Positions 46,049-46,049 of a stretch of DNA of 46,049 bases are shown here, piece by piece. Origin of the DNA: Candidatus Zipacnadia bacterium (GTDB taxonomy: Bacteria > Armatimonadota > Zipacnadia > Zipacnadales > Zipacnadaceae); contig JALGTI010000007.1 in the NCBI GenBank assembly GCA_029821455.1, forward strand, positions 1 through 46,049, given 5' to 3'. Position 1 is the first letter of the stretch, and the number at the start of each line of letters is the position of its first letter. Position numbers and translations under genes: made by a program. A model generated the notes under the pieces. It searched no databases and was not told the origin of the DNA. It saw only the letters and a list, made by a program, of their open reading frames with translations.

Positions 46049-46049
46049 C

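Noticed and set aside
1-46049. CRISPR arrays, tRNA, rRNA or other structured RNA genes.
   Set aside because: No regularly spaced short direct repeats are present; the repeat families I found are dispersed IS/MITE-type. I saw no T-loop/acceptor-stem pattern or rRNA-like stretch. This was inspection by eye only, so tRNAscan/Infernal could still find something.

Overview
GC-rich bacterial DNA. By eye I found no rRNA, tRNA or CRISPR array. The window has three blocks.

(1) 1-24.6 kb is a glycan-degradation neighbourhood. It holds a partial FtsX-type ABC permease, a 1261-aa secreted PQQ-like beta-propeller/malectin protein, two Gfo/Idh/MocA oxidoreductases and a DegT-family aminotransferase. It also holds a chondroitinase-ABC-like (PL8-type) lyase, an aldo/keto reductase with a ferredoxin tail, a BNR/Asp-box sialidase-like protein and a heparinase II/III-like lyase. 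This block is heavily scarred by IS debris: rve-transposase fragments, two ~141-bp MITE copies, a nest of IS ends and a 53-bp dispersed repeat. A small accessory islet sits at 5.1-7.3 kb.

(2) 25.0-29.8 kb is a mobility module. It contains a large serine recombinase with two C-terminal LuxR-type HTHs, a tyrosine recombinase, a translationally coupled small ORF, and a divergent 414-aa orphan with an HTH and an AT-hook.

(3) 30.1-44.6 kb is a co-directional five-gene operon. It carries the hallmark gene set of DISARM class 1: an SNF2 helicase, a very large N6-adenine methyltransferase, and a DExH helicase plus DUF1998. The layout is non-canonical in four ways:
- The DrmA-like and DrmB-like parts are fused into one 1743-aa protein.
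- That protein ends in a DUF559/Vsr-like nuclease-fold domain.
- There is no PLD (DrmC) gene.
- Two extra genes sit between methylase and helicase: a 153-aa membrane-anchored protein on a lower-GC cassette and a DUF3644-like protein. A leftover duplicate of the methylase 3' end lies next to them.

This operon, apparently carried on a recombinase-bearing island, is the most interesting candidate in the window. All family assignments come from motif recognition by eye and need HMM confirmation.
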